64,000 nucleotides of DNA from Chiloscyllium plagiosum (Eukaryota), in contig NC_057749.1 in the NCBI RefSeq assembly GCF_004010195.1, positions 12,302,833 to 12,366,832 of the forward strand, written 5' to 3'. The translations under genes were made by a program, and so were the position numbers. Below the pieces are notes generated by a model. It ran no database searches. It was given only the letters and a program-made list of their open reading frames with translations, and had not been told where the DNA came from. Within the stretch, counting starts at the first letter, position 1. Each line of letters starts with the position of its first letter. Shown here piece by piece: positions 50,271-62,000 of the stretch.

Positions 50271-52886
50271 AGCTGTGACTTACTGAAATGTCTGCACAGC
50301 TTCCACAAAACCTTGCACTGGAATTAACTTTGAAAATGACATTGAAATCATACAGAGAAAACTAAATGTTAGTTATTTGAAATAAATGTAACGGAGAGCT
50401 CTGTGGCATGCAAAAATCGAGCATTAACTTCCTTAGACTTACTTGCTATCAAAACGTTGTCCTGCCTATTCTGCTAAAAGTATTTGAAGCCATGCATATA
50501 TGGCTTCTATATTACTGCATCACATCCTCTATGCCCATAAATTCCTAATCCTTATAACCTAACCAGCATATGTGGGCATTTTGTATAACTGTCCTTAAGT
50601 GTCCATTATCATGTTCACCAAACTACTGCGAATACAATTTACAGGACCTGCAACTTCGATCAATTGACATATCAAGTCAGGGATAACAAAATGTCTGCTT
50701 TCTAAAAGAATTACCATCGTTGGTCACATCTTTCCAGTAAAATCACACACCCTTGCCATAGCAATTATAATGTCGGTGGGTTGTACAACTCCAGCTCATC
50801 TTGCAGTCACACTCCACCATTAATAAGTATGTCTTGAAAAATATGTAGAATGATTGCTTTTGTTTAGTCTCCTCCTGCTTGTGAATGTAATTATCATTGA
50901 CCACACAGGGATCTTCCATGCAAACTACGCTCTCCATTTCTCCAAAATGTCAATGAAAGGAGAATCTTTCTGTATAAGTGTAACAATAATATATCAAATG
51001 TTCTCACTTGTCTACTGATTTCTTGATCCGAAGTGAAAACTTTCTGATACTTAAAAATTACTGGAGTCGCAGCGCTGCTCAGCATATTCAAACTGCCCGA
51101 CAATGTCGCGGCTTTGGTTTTTGCTAGTAGAACACATTTGTGGCGGATTCACTCACTTCCGAAGGTCTCTTCAGTCAAATATTGCATTTTCCTTTGGAGC
51201 AAGGCCGCCAGCGAAATCTGGGATTAGTAAATTCTTCAAATGCAGAGTTCTTCGAATCAACTTGTGTGGAAATGTCACGTCTGGAGCAAATGGGACGCAA
51301 ATCCCGGCATTTTTGCTTGGAAGTATAACGTTTGCTGGTTTTATCAGAAGGCATTGGAATCTCCAACTGCTCCAGACATTCCACAAGGACTCACGGGCAT
51401 TCCACGACTTCAGTATGACGTCAATAATACGTCTTGATGAAGTCATATTTTAAAACCAGTTCCCCCATTTGATATGCACTTTTTCGAGACCTAATTTCAA
51501 TGTCTAATTTTCACAGAGTGGACCCACTCGATCTCCTTGTTTGATCAACGTGAATACTTCAGACTCTTCAAAACAGATAAGGAATCCATGATGCTGTTCG
51601 GATCGAAAAGTTTACAAACTATTTGCAGAAGGCAGCAATTCTGTAGGTAATTTGGTCAGATTGAGTTGAAACCGAGTGGTTTTTATTAAGAAGTCACGTG
51701 AATGTATCCGATCTCTATTTCTGCTTAGTGTGCTTGGCCCACTCCAGCCTCCACATCCTTCACTATGTATTGCAAACCTCCAAACCTGACACAAACTTGG
51801 TGTAGTGTCTGAGAGTTTGCCATAAGACGAGGCATACCTGAAACAACTGAAGAAAGGAATAATCTAACCCAGGGAGGGAGATGTGGATTGTATTGACCAG
51901 TGCTGTGTTGGGTGCCTCAGCAGGGGAATGCACGATTAGGAAATACAGCGTACAAACGTAGAGGTTATTTTCTCTGCCATTCTGCACAGCAATCCTCGAA
52001 AGCTAAGCAATTTTCTCCTCGGGAGTTGAATGATGAGAATAGCCAAAACCCAAGCAGAATCGGTTATTGTCCTTCAGTAAACAAGTCTCACAGTAACGCT
52101 TCAAATCGGCGACCTTGTACCTTGTGCATAAAGCATGGACAACTCTCTGAAACGTCCCGGTTTTCACTTGTTTCAGCAGAACGTATAACATGGCTCAGTG
52201 AGGTGTGGACACTCTCTGAAGTTTGTCACTTGCGCACTTGGTAGACTGGGAAGTTTCAGTTTTTGAGGAAACTATAAAAAAAGCACTCAAAAGGCGCGTT
52301 GCTTTGAGCCTGGAAAGAGACTAAATTACTTGGATTTTGCGAGTGATAAGCCATTGACTTCAGATCCTGTGTTGGGAATCTCAGTTNNNNNNNNNNNNNN
52401 NNNNNNNNNNNNNNNNNNNNNNNNNNNNNNNNNNNNNNNNNNNNNNNNNNNNNNNNNNNNNNNNNNNNNNNNNNNNNNNNNNNNNNNNNNNNNNNNNNNN
52501 NNNNNNNNNNNNNNNNNNNNNNNNNNNNNNNNNNNNNNNNNNNNNNNNNNNNNNNNNNNNNNNNNNNNNNNNNNNNNNNNNNNNNNNNNNNNNNNNNNNN
52601 NNNNNNNNNNNNNNNNNNNNNNNNNNNNNNNNNNNNNNNNNNNNNNNNNNNNNNNNNNNNNNNNNNNNNNNNNNNNNNNNNNNNNNNNNNNNNNNNNNNN
52701 NNNNNNNNNNNNNNNNNNNNNNNNNNNNNNNNNNNNNNNNNNNNNNNNNNNNNNNNNNNNNNNNNNNNNNNNNNNNNNNNNNNNNNNNNNNNNNNNNNNN
52801 NNNNNNNNNNNNNNNNNNNNNNNNNNNNNNNNNNNNNNNNNNNNNNNNNNNNNNNNNNNNNNNNNNNNNNNNNNNNNNNNNNNNNN

Positions 52887-55800
52887 ATGAATCCCTGCGT
52901 ATAATAAAGTGAACTGCTGTCCCTGTGTATAATAAAGAGAACACCAGTGCCTGTGTATAATATAGAAAACAGCAGCCCCCATGCACAATATAGAGAGCAT
53001 GAGTCACTGTGTACAATATAGAGAACAGGTATCCCTGTGTTTAATTAAGAGAGCAGCAATCCCTGTGTTTAATATATATAACAGCAGTCCCTGTGTACAA
53101 TCTGGAGAACAGCTATCCCTCAATATAATATAGAGAACATGAGTCAGTGTGTATAATATAGAGAACAGCAGTCCCTCTGTATAGAGAACAGCAGTTCCTG
53201 TGTCTATTATGCAGAACAACATTCCCTATGTATAAAATAGAGAACAGCAGTGCCTATGTACATTGTAGGGGACATCTGTCCCTGTGTATAATATAGAGAT
53301 CAGCTGTCCCTGAGTATGATATAGAGAACAGCAGTCTCTGAGTATAATATAGAGAACAGCAGTCTCTGTGGATAATATCGAGAACAGCAGTTGCTGTGCA
53401 TAATAAAGAGAACAGCAGGGTATATGAATAGGAAGGGGTTGGAGGGATATGGGCCAGGTGCTGGCAGGTGGGACTAGATTGGTTTGGGATATCTGGTCGG
53501 CATGGACGGGTTGGACCGAAGTGTCTGGTTCCGTGCTGTACATCTCTATGACTCTATAACTGCTGTCCCTGTGCATCATCCAGAGAACACCAATGCTTGT
53601 CTCTCATATAGAAAACAGCAGTCCCTGTGCACAATATAGAGAACATGGGTCACTGTGTATAATATAGAGAACAGCTATCCCTGTGTACAATATAGAGACT
53701 GTGTGGAGTTTGCACATTCTCCCCATGTCTGCATGGTTTCTTCCGTGTGCTCTGGTTTCCTCCCACAGTCCAAAATTATGCAGGTTTGGTGAAGTAGCCA
53801 TGCTAAATTGCCCGTAGTGTTAGGGTCGTGGGTAAATGTGGGGGAATGGGTCTGGGTGGGTTGCGCTTTGGCGGGTCGGTGTGGACTTGTTGGGCCGAAG
53901 GGCCTGTTTCCACACTGTAAGTAGAACATAGAACATAGAAGAATACAGCGCAGTACAGGCCCTTTGGCCCTCGATGTTGCGCCGATGCAGCTTTTCTATA
54001 TCCTGCTGTAACCTGCCACATCCTTCCTCACTGTCAACAACTCCTCCGACTAATCTAATCTAATCTAAGTAATCTAATCTAATATAATCTAAACAGTATT
54101 CCCTGTGCCTATTTTAGAGAAGAGCAGTGTCTGTGTCTAATACAGAGAACAGCAGTCCCTGTGTGCAATATAAAGCAGTCCCTGAGCGTAATATAGAGAA
54201 CAGCACTCCCTGTTTTTAATAAAGAGAGCAGCAGATCCTGTGTATAATATAGAGAATAGCAGTCCTTGTGTCTCATACAGGGAACAGCAGTCCCTGTGTC
54301 TCACATAGAGAACAGAGGTCCCTGTGTAAAATGTAAAAAACTGTGGTCCTGCATACATTGTGGAGAACAGTAGTCCCTGTATTTACTGTGGAGAACAGCA
54401 GATCCTGTGTCTCATGTAGAGAACAGCAGTTCCAATGTATTACATAGAGAACAGCTGTCCCTGAGTGTTTGGTAGAGAACAGTAGTCCCTGTGTATCATG
54501 AAGAAAAATGCGTTCCTGCGTACATTGTAGTGAACAGCAGTCCCTACATACAATATAGAGAACAGCAGTTCCCGTGTTTAGTAAACAGCAGTTTAGAATT
54601 TAGAGACCAGCAGTCCTGCATACATTGTAGAGAACAGCAGTCTTTGTTTGTAATAAAGAGAACAGCAATCCCTGTGTTTCATAAAGAGATTAGCAGTCCC
54701 TGTGTATAACATAGAGAACAGCAGTCACTGTGTAAAGCATTGAGAACATGTGTCCCTGTGTATATGATAGAAAGCAGGAGTCCCTCTGTGTAATGTAGAG
54801 AACAGGCTTCCCTGTGTATAATATGGAGAACAGCAGTCCTTGTGTCTATGAAAGAGGACAACGGTGCCCATGTATAAGAGAGAATAGCAGTCACTGTGTA
54901 CAATATGGAGATCAAAGCTGAAACTTTATTGCTGGAACAGCACAGCAGGTCAGGCAGCATCTAGGGAACAGAAGATTCGACGTTTCGGGCACATGCCCTT
55001 CTTCAGGAATGAGCAGAGAGTGGAGATCAGCAGACTTTATGTATAATATAGAGAACAGTCCCTGTGTTTACTAACGGGAAAAGCAGTCGCTGTGTCTAAC
55101 ATAGAAAACAGCAGTCACTGCGCGTAATATATAGAATAGCAGTCCCTGTGTATCATACAGAGAACAGCAGTCCCTGTGCCTATTTTAGTGCGTAATATAA
55201 AGAACAGCAATCCCTGTGTACAATATAGAGAACAGCTGTCCCTGTGTTTAATAAAGAGAGCAGCAATCCCTGTGCTTAATATAGAGAACAGCAGTCGCTG
55301 TGTCTCACATAGGGAACAAGAGTCTCTGTGTCTAATGTAGAGAACTGCAGTCAGTATGCATAATATATAGAACAGCAGTCACTGTGTACAACATATAGAA
55401 CAGCAAACCCTGTGAATAATGTAGTAAACAGCAGTCCCTGTTTATAATATGGAGAACAATAGTCCCTGTGTATATTGTGGAGAAGAGCAGATCCTGTGTC
55501 TCATGTGGAGAACAGCAGTCGCTGCGTATAATGTAGAGAACAGCTGTCCCTGAGTGCATGGTAGAGAACAGTACTCCCTGTGTAAAAAGTAGAAAACAGT
55601 GGTTCTGCGAAAATTATAGAGAAAAGCAGTCCCTGTGTACAGTGTGGGGAAAAGCAGTCCTACATATTATATAAAGAACAGCAGTCCCTGTGTATGATAT
55701 AGAACAGCAGTCCCTATGTTTCATACAAAGAAAAGCAGTCGCTGTGTATAATATAGAGAACATGCGTCCCTGTATATATTGTGTAGAGAGGGAGTCCCTC

Positions 55801-57730
55801 TGCGTAATATAGAGAAAAGTCTTACCTGGACATAATGTGGAAAACAGCAGTCCTTGTGTCGATCATACAGAACAACAGTGCCCGTGTATAAGAGACAATA
55901 CCAGTCCCTGTGTACAATCTGGAGAACAGCTATCCCTCAGTATTCTATAGAGAACATGAGTCAGTGTGCATAATATAGAGAACAGTAGTCCCTCTGTATA
56001 ATATAGAGAAGAGCTGTTCCTGTCCCTATTACACAGAACAGTAGTCCCTATGTATAAAATAGAGAACAGCAGTCCCTGCGCACATGCAGAGAACAGCAGT
56101 GCCTGTGTACATTGTAGGGGACAGCTGTCCCTGTGTATAATGCAGAGATCAGCCGTCCCTGAGTCTGATATGGAGAACGGCAGTCCCTGAGTATAATATA
56201 GAGAACAGCAGTCCCTATGTAAAACAAAGAGAAGAGCAGTCGCTGTGTATAATATACAGAACATGAATCCCTGTGTTTAATGAAGAGAACAGCCATCCCT
56301 GTGTGTAATAAAGAGAACACCAGTGCCTGTGCACACGATAGAAAACAGCAGTCCCTGTGCACAATATAGAGAACATGAGTCACTCTGTATAATATAGAGA
56401 ACAAGTATCCCTGCGTATAATATAGAGAGCAGCAAAACCTATGAATGATGTAGAAAACAGCAGTCCTTGTTTATAACGTGGTGAACAGTAGTCCCATTGT
56501 ATATTGTGGAGAACAGCAAATCCTGTGTATAATGTAGAGAACAGCAATTGCTGCTGTCCCTGAGGGTATGGTAAAGAACAGTAGTCCCTTTGTCAAATGT
56601 GGTGCTGCATACACTGTACACAGATACTGTACAGTGTGGAGAACAGCAGTCTCTACATATTATATAGAGAACAGCAGCCCCTGTGTTTCATAAAGAGAAC
56701 AGTAATCCCTGTGCATAACATAGAGAACAGCACTCCTTATGTATCATACGAGAACAGGCATCTATGTGTATAATATAGAGAACAGGCGTCCCTCTGTATA
56801 GTATGAGAACACGTGTAACCTGTGTATATTATAGAGAGCAGGAGTCCCTCAATGTAATATCAAGAACAGACTTACCTGTGTATAATATGGAGAACAGCAG
56901 TCCTTGTGTCAATTATACAGAATAACAGTGCCTGTGTATAAGAGAGGACAGCATTCCATTATGTACAATATAGAGAACAGCAGTCCATTGTGTACAAAAA
57001 GGTGAACTGCACCCCCTGTATATAATCTGGAGAACATGAGTCACTGTGAATAAAATAGAGAACAGCTATCCCTGTGTACAATATAGAGAACAGCAGTCAC
57101 TGCTTGTAATGTGGAGGACAGCAGTCATTCTGTATACTGCAGAAAACAGCCGATCCTGTGTCTCATGTAGAGAACAGCAGTTCCAGTGTATAATATAGAG
57201 AATAGCTGTCCCTGAGTGTCTGGTAGAGAATAGCAGTCCCTGTGTAACATGTAGAAAACTGCGTTCCTGCATACATTGTAGAGAACAGTAGTCCCTACAA
57301 ACAATATAGAGAACAGCAATCCCTGTGTATAATATAGAGTACAGCAGTCACTGTGTATAATATAGAGAACAGCAATCCCTGTGAATAATGTAGAAAAAAG
57401 CAGTCCCTGTTTATAATATGGAGAACAGTAGTCCCTGTGTATATTGTGGAGAAGAGCAGATTCGGTGTCTCATGTGGAGAATAGCAGTCGCTGCGTATAA
57501 TGTAGAGAACAGCTGTCCCTGAGTGTATGGGAGAGAACAGTAGTCTCTGTGTAAAATGTAGAGAAGAGCAGTCCTGCGTATATTGCCGGGAAGAGCAGTC
57601 CCTGTGTACAGTGTTGAGAAAAGTAGTCCAACGTACAATACAGAGAACAACAGTCTCGGTGTTTAATAAGGAGAACAGCAATCCCAGTGTAGAATATAGA
57701 GAACAGCAGACCTTGTGTTTCATACAGAGA
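52887..57730 (+). repeat. Diverged 28-bp satellite
   Basis: Consensus AGAACAGCAGTCCCTGTGTATAATATAG. Interrupted by a CR1 tail (53418-53558), a SINE (53697-54092) and a PLE terminus (54915-55020). Confidence 0.93.
54975..55010 (-). ncRNA. Putative minimal hammerhead ribozyme (best-formed copy)
   Basis: ATTC-CTGAAGA-A-GGGC(ATGT)GCCC-GAAA-CG-TC-GAAT; lies in a 106-bp insert with TGGAGATCA TSD. Confidence 0.7.
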
Positions 57731-59351
57731 TCAGCTTTTCCAGCATCACTCTGATCTAAACTCTGGTTTCCAGCATCTGCGGTCCTCACTTTTGCGGCCT
57801 GACCTGCTGTGCTTTTCCAGCACCACTCTGACAAATACAACATTACAGTGCTATACAAGCCGTCTATGGAACCGCTCGGCTAATAAAGGAAGTTAGACTC
57901 ATAGAACTAAGAACATTACAGCGTAATACATGCCCTATATGGAACCGCTTGGCTAATAACTAATGTTTGACATATACAACAGAGAACATTACAGCGTTGT
58001 ACAGGCCGTCTATGGAACCGCACGCGTAATAAATGAAGTTAGACTAATACAACAAAGGACATCAGAACACAGTATAGGCCCTTTATGGAACAGCTTGCTT
58101 CATAATGGAAGTTAGACTCATAAGAACATGGAGGATTACAGCGCAGTACAGGCCCTTTATGCAACTGCTTGGCTAATACCGGACGTTCAATTAATACAAC
58201 ATAGTACAGCACAGTACAGCACCTTGATGGAAATCCTTGGCTAATAAAGGAAGTAAGGATCACAGAACTTAAAACATTACAGCGCAATACAGACCATTTA
58301 TGCAACCACTCGGCTAATACAGGAAGTGAGACTCATAGAACATGGAGCATTACAGCGCAATGCAGGCCCTATATGGAACCGCTTGCTTGTTAACGGAAGT
58401 TAGACTCATAGAACATGTGCCTTTACAGCACAGTACAGGCACTTTATGGAACCGCTCGGCTGATGATGGACACTAGACGAATACAACATAGAACATTACA
58501 GTGCAGTGCAGGACCTTTATGGAAATGTTTGGCTAATAAAGGAAGTAAGACTCATAGAACATTATAGCGCAGTACAGGTCCTTTATGGAACCGCTCGGCT
58601 AATACTGGAAGTTTGACAAATACAACATAGAAGTAGTACAGGCCCTTTACGCAACCGCTTGTCTAATACTGGACGTTAGACAAATACAACATAAAACATT
58701 ACAGCGCAGTACAGGCCGTATATGGAACCGTTTGCTTGATAATGGAAGTTAGACTCATATAACATGGGGCATTACATCGCAGTACAGGCACTGTATGGAA
58801 CCACTCAGCTAATAATGGACACTAGACTAATATAACAAAGAACATTACAGTGCAGTACAGAACCTTTATGGAAATGCTTGGCTAATAAAGGAAGTAAGAC
58901 TCACAGAACATAGAACATTACAGTGCAATACAGGCCCTTTATGGAAATGATTGGCAAATAAAGGAAGTTCGACTCATCGAACATGGGGCATTAAAGCGCA
59001 ATACAGGCCCTTTATGGAACCGTTCAGCTAATAAAATAAGTTTGACTAATAAACATGGAACATTACAGTGCAGTACAGGACCTTTATGCAACTGCTTGGC
59101 TAACACCAGACGTTAGACTAATACAACATGTAACATCACAACGTAGTACAAGCCCTTCATGCAACTTCTTGGCTAAAACCAGAAGTTTGACAAATACAAC
59201 ATAGAACATTACAGCCCTGTACAGGCCATTTATGGAACCGCTTGCCCAGTAAAGGAAGTTAGACTCATAGAACATGTGGCATTACAGCACAATACAGGCC
59301 CTTCATGGAACCACTCGGCTAACAATATAGGCTAGACTAATGCAACATAGA

Positions 59352-59570
59352 GGAGAAAGTGAGGACTGCCGATGCTGGAGATCAGAGCTTAAAAATATGT
59401 TGCTGAAAAAGCGCAGCAGGTCAGGCAGCATCAAAGGAACAGGAGAATCACCGTTTTGGGCATAAGCCCTTCTTCAGGAAACCTGAAGAAGGGCTTATGC
59501 CCGAAATGTCGATTCTCCTGTTCCTTTGATGCTGCCTGACCTGCTGCGCTTTCCAGCAACACATTTTTAA
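59352..59570. mobile_element. Palindromic Penelope-derived insertion
   Basis: 16-bp TSD ACTAATGCAACATAGA; fold-back with hammerhead motifs. Confidence 0.85.
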
Positions 59571-60309
59571 ACTAATGCAACATAGAACATTACAGCACAG
59601 TACAGACCCTAAATGAAATCGCTTGCTTGATAATCAAAGTTAGACTCATAGAACATGGAGCATTACAGCGCAGTACAGGCCTTTTATGGAACCACTCGGC
59701 TCATAAAGGAAGTTTAACTATTATGACACAGAACATTACAGTGCAGTACAGGCCATTTATTAAACTGCTCGGCTAATACAGTGTGTTACACTCATAGAAC
59801 GTAGAACATTACAGCGCAATCCAAGCCTTTGTGGACCCGCATGGCTAATAAATGAAGTTAGAGTAATACAACATAGAACATCACAACGCAGTACAAGCCC
59901 TTTATGGAACCGCATGCTTGATAAAGGAAGTTCGACTGATAGAAAATGGAGTTATACAGGCACTTTATGGATTCGCTCAGCTAATAGGGGAAGTGAGACT
60001 CATAGAACATGGAGCATTACAGCGTGATGCAGGCCCTTTGTGGAACCGCTTGGCTAATAAATGAAGTTAGACTAATACAACAAAGGACACCACAACGCAG
60101 TACATTATGGACCCTTTATGGAGACGCTTAGTTTTAAAGGAAGTTTGACAAATACAACATGGAACATTACAGCGCACTATAGGTCCTTTATGCAACCGTT
60201 CGTCTAATACTTGACATTAGACTAATACAACATAGAACATTACAACGCAGTACAGGCCCTATATGGAACCGCTTGCTTGATAATGGAAGTTAGACTCATA
60301 GAACATGGG

Positions 60310-60513
60310 ATGGAAATGTGTTGCTGGAAAAGCGCAGCAGGTCAGGCAGCATCTAGGGAACAGGAGAATCGACGTTTCGGGCATTAGCCCTTCTTCAGGG
60401 CTAATGCCCGAAACGTCGATTCTCCTGTTCCCTAGATGCTGCCTGACCTGCTGCGCTTTTCCAGCAACACATTTCCATCTCTGATCTCCAGCATCTGCAG
60501 ACCTCACTTTCTC
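60310..60513. mobile_element. Palindromic Penelope-derived insertion
   Basis: 15-bp TSD CTCATAGAACATGGG; intact hammerhead core at 60371-60398 (-). Confidence 0.85.
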
Positions 60514-60674
60514 CTCATAGAACATGGGGCATTACATTGCAGTACAGCACTGTATGGAACCACTCAGCTAATAATGGACACTAGACTAATACAACAAAGA
60601 ACATTATATCGCAGTACAGAACTTTTATGGAAATGCTTGGCTAATAAAGGAAGTAAGACTCATAGAACATAGAA

Positions 60675-60900
60675 GTTTGCATGTTCTCCCCCTGTCTGCG
60701 TGTGTTTCCTCCGGGTGCTCCGGTTTCCTCCCACAGTCCAAAGATGTGCAGGTCAGGTGAATTGGCCATGGTAAATTGCCCGTAGTGTTAGGTAAGGGGT
60801 AAATGTAGGGGTATGGGTGGGTTGCGCTTCGGCGGGTCGGTGTGGGCTTGTTGGGCCGAAGGGCCTGTTTCTACACTGTAATGTAATGTAATCTAATCTA
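60675..60900 (+). mobile_element. 5'-truncated V-SINE in the satellite
   Basis: V core, TAATC tail, ATAGAA on both sides. Confidence 0.85.
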
Positions 60901-61033
60901 ATAGAACATTACAACGGAGTACAGGCCCTTAATGGAACCACTCGGCTAATAATGGATGCTGGACTAATACAACAAGGAACATTACAGCACAGTACGGGCC
61001 GTTTATGGAAATGCTTGACTAATAAAGGAAGTT

Positions 61034-62000
61034 GAAAAATGTGGTGCTACAAAAACACAGCAGGCCAGGCAGCATCCGAGGAGCAGGAGAACCGACGTTT
61101 CGGGCATAAGCCCTTCTTCAGGAATGAGGCTGGTGTGCCAAGCAGGCTGAGATAAAGCGGAGGGGGGAGGGAATTTGGAGGAGGGCTGCTGGGAATACGA
61201 TAGGTGGAAGGAGGTGAGGGTGAGGGTGAGGGTAATGGACCGGAGAGGGGGTGGGGACAGAGAGGTCGGGAAGAAGATTGCAGGTCAAGAGGGCGGTGCT
61301 GAATCTGAGGGTTGTGACTGAGATAAAGTGGGGGGAGGGGAAATGAGGAAGCTGGAGAAATCTACATTCATCCCGTGTGTGCGGGTGTCATAGAGATGTT
61401 CTCTGAAATGATCTGCAAGTTGGTATTCTGTCGCCCCGATGTAGAGGAGACCACATCGGACGCAATGGATACAGTAAATGATGTGTGTGGAGGTGCAGGT
61501 GAATTTGCGACTGATATGGAAGGATCCATTGGGGCTTGGAGGGAAGTGAGGGGGGGAGGTGTGGGCGCATGTTTTGTACTTCTTGCGGTTGCAGGGGAAG
61601 GTGCCGGGAATGGATGTTGGATTGGTTGGGGGGTGTGGACCTGACGAGGGAGTCGCGGAGGGAGTGGTCTCTCCAGAACGCTGCTAGGGGTGGGGAGGGA
61701 AATATATCCCTGGTGGTGGGGTCTGTTTGGAGGTAGCGGAAATGACGGAGGATGATCCGATGTATGTGGAAGTTGGTGGGGTGGTAGGTGAGGACAAGTG
61801 GTGTTCTGTCCTGGTGGCGATTAGAGGGGCAGGGTTCAAGGGCGGAGGTGCGGGAAGTGGAGGAGATGCGGTGGAGAGCATCGTCGACCATGTCTGAGGG
61901 GAAATTGCGGTCTTCGAAGAAGGAGGCGATTTAGGTTGTTCGGTATTGGAATTGGTCCTCCTGGGAGCAGATGTGGCGGAGGCGAAGGAATTGGGAATAT
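61034..62000 (-). mobile_element. 5'-truncated Penelope-like element in the satellite
   Basis: 'DRTPLVLTYHP...IFPSPPLAAFWRDHSLRDSLVRS' and a GIY-YIG region; hammerhead at 61094-61121; GAAGTT on both flanks. Confidence 0.87.

Noticed and set aside
51740..51830. 'RFGGLQYIVKDV' resembling filovirus NP 'RFSGLLIVKTV', and a BTB-like 'RYKVADLKRYCE' near 52090
   Set aside because: The matches are short and the flanks do not extend them, so neither is enough to name a family.
53004..57858. Cys/Tyr/Leu-rich ORFs
   Set aside because: Translations of the 28-bp satellite.
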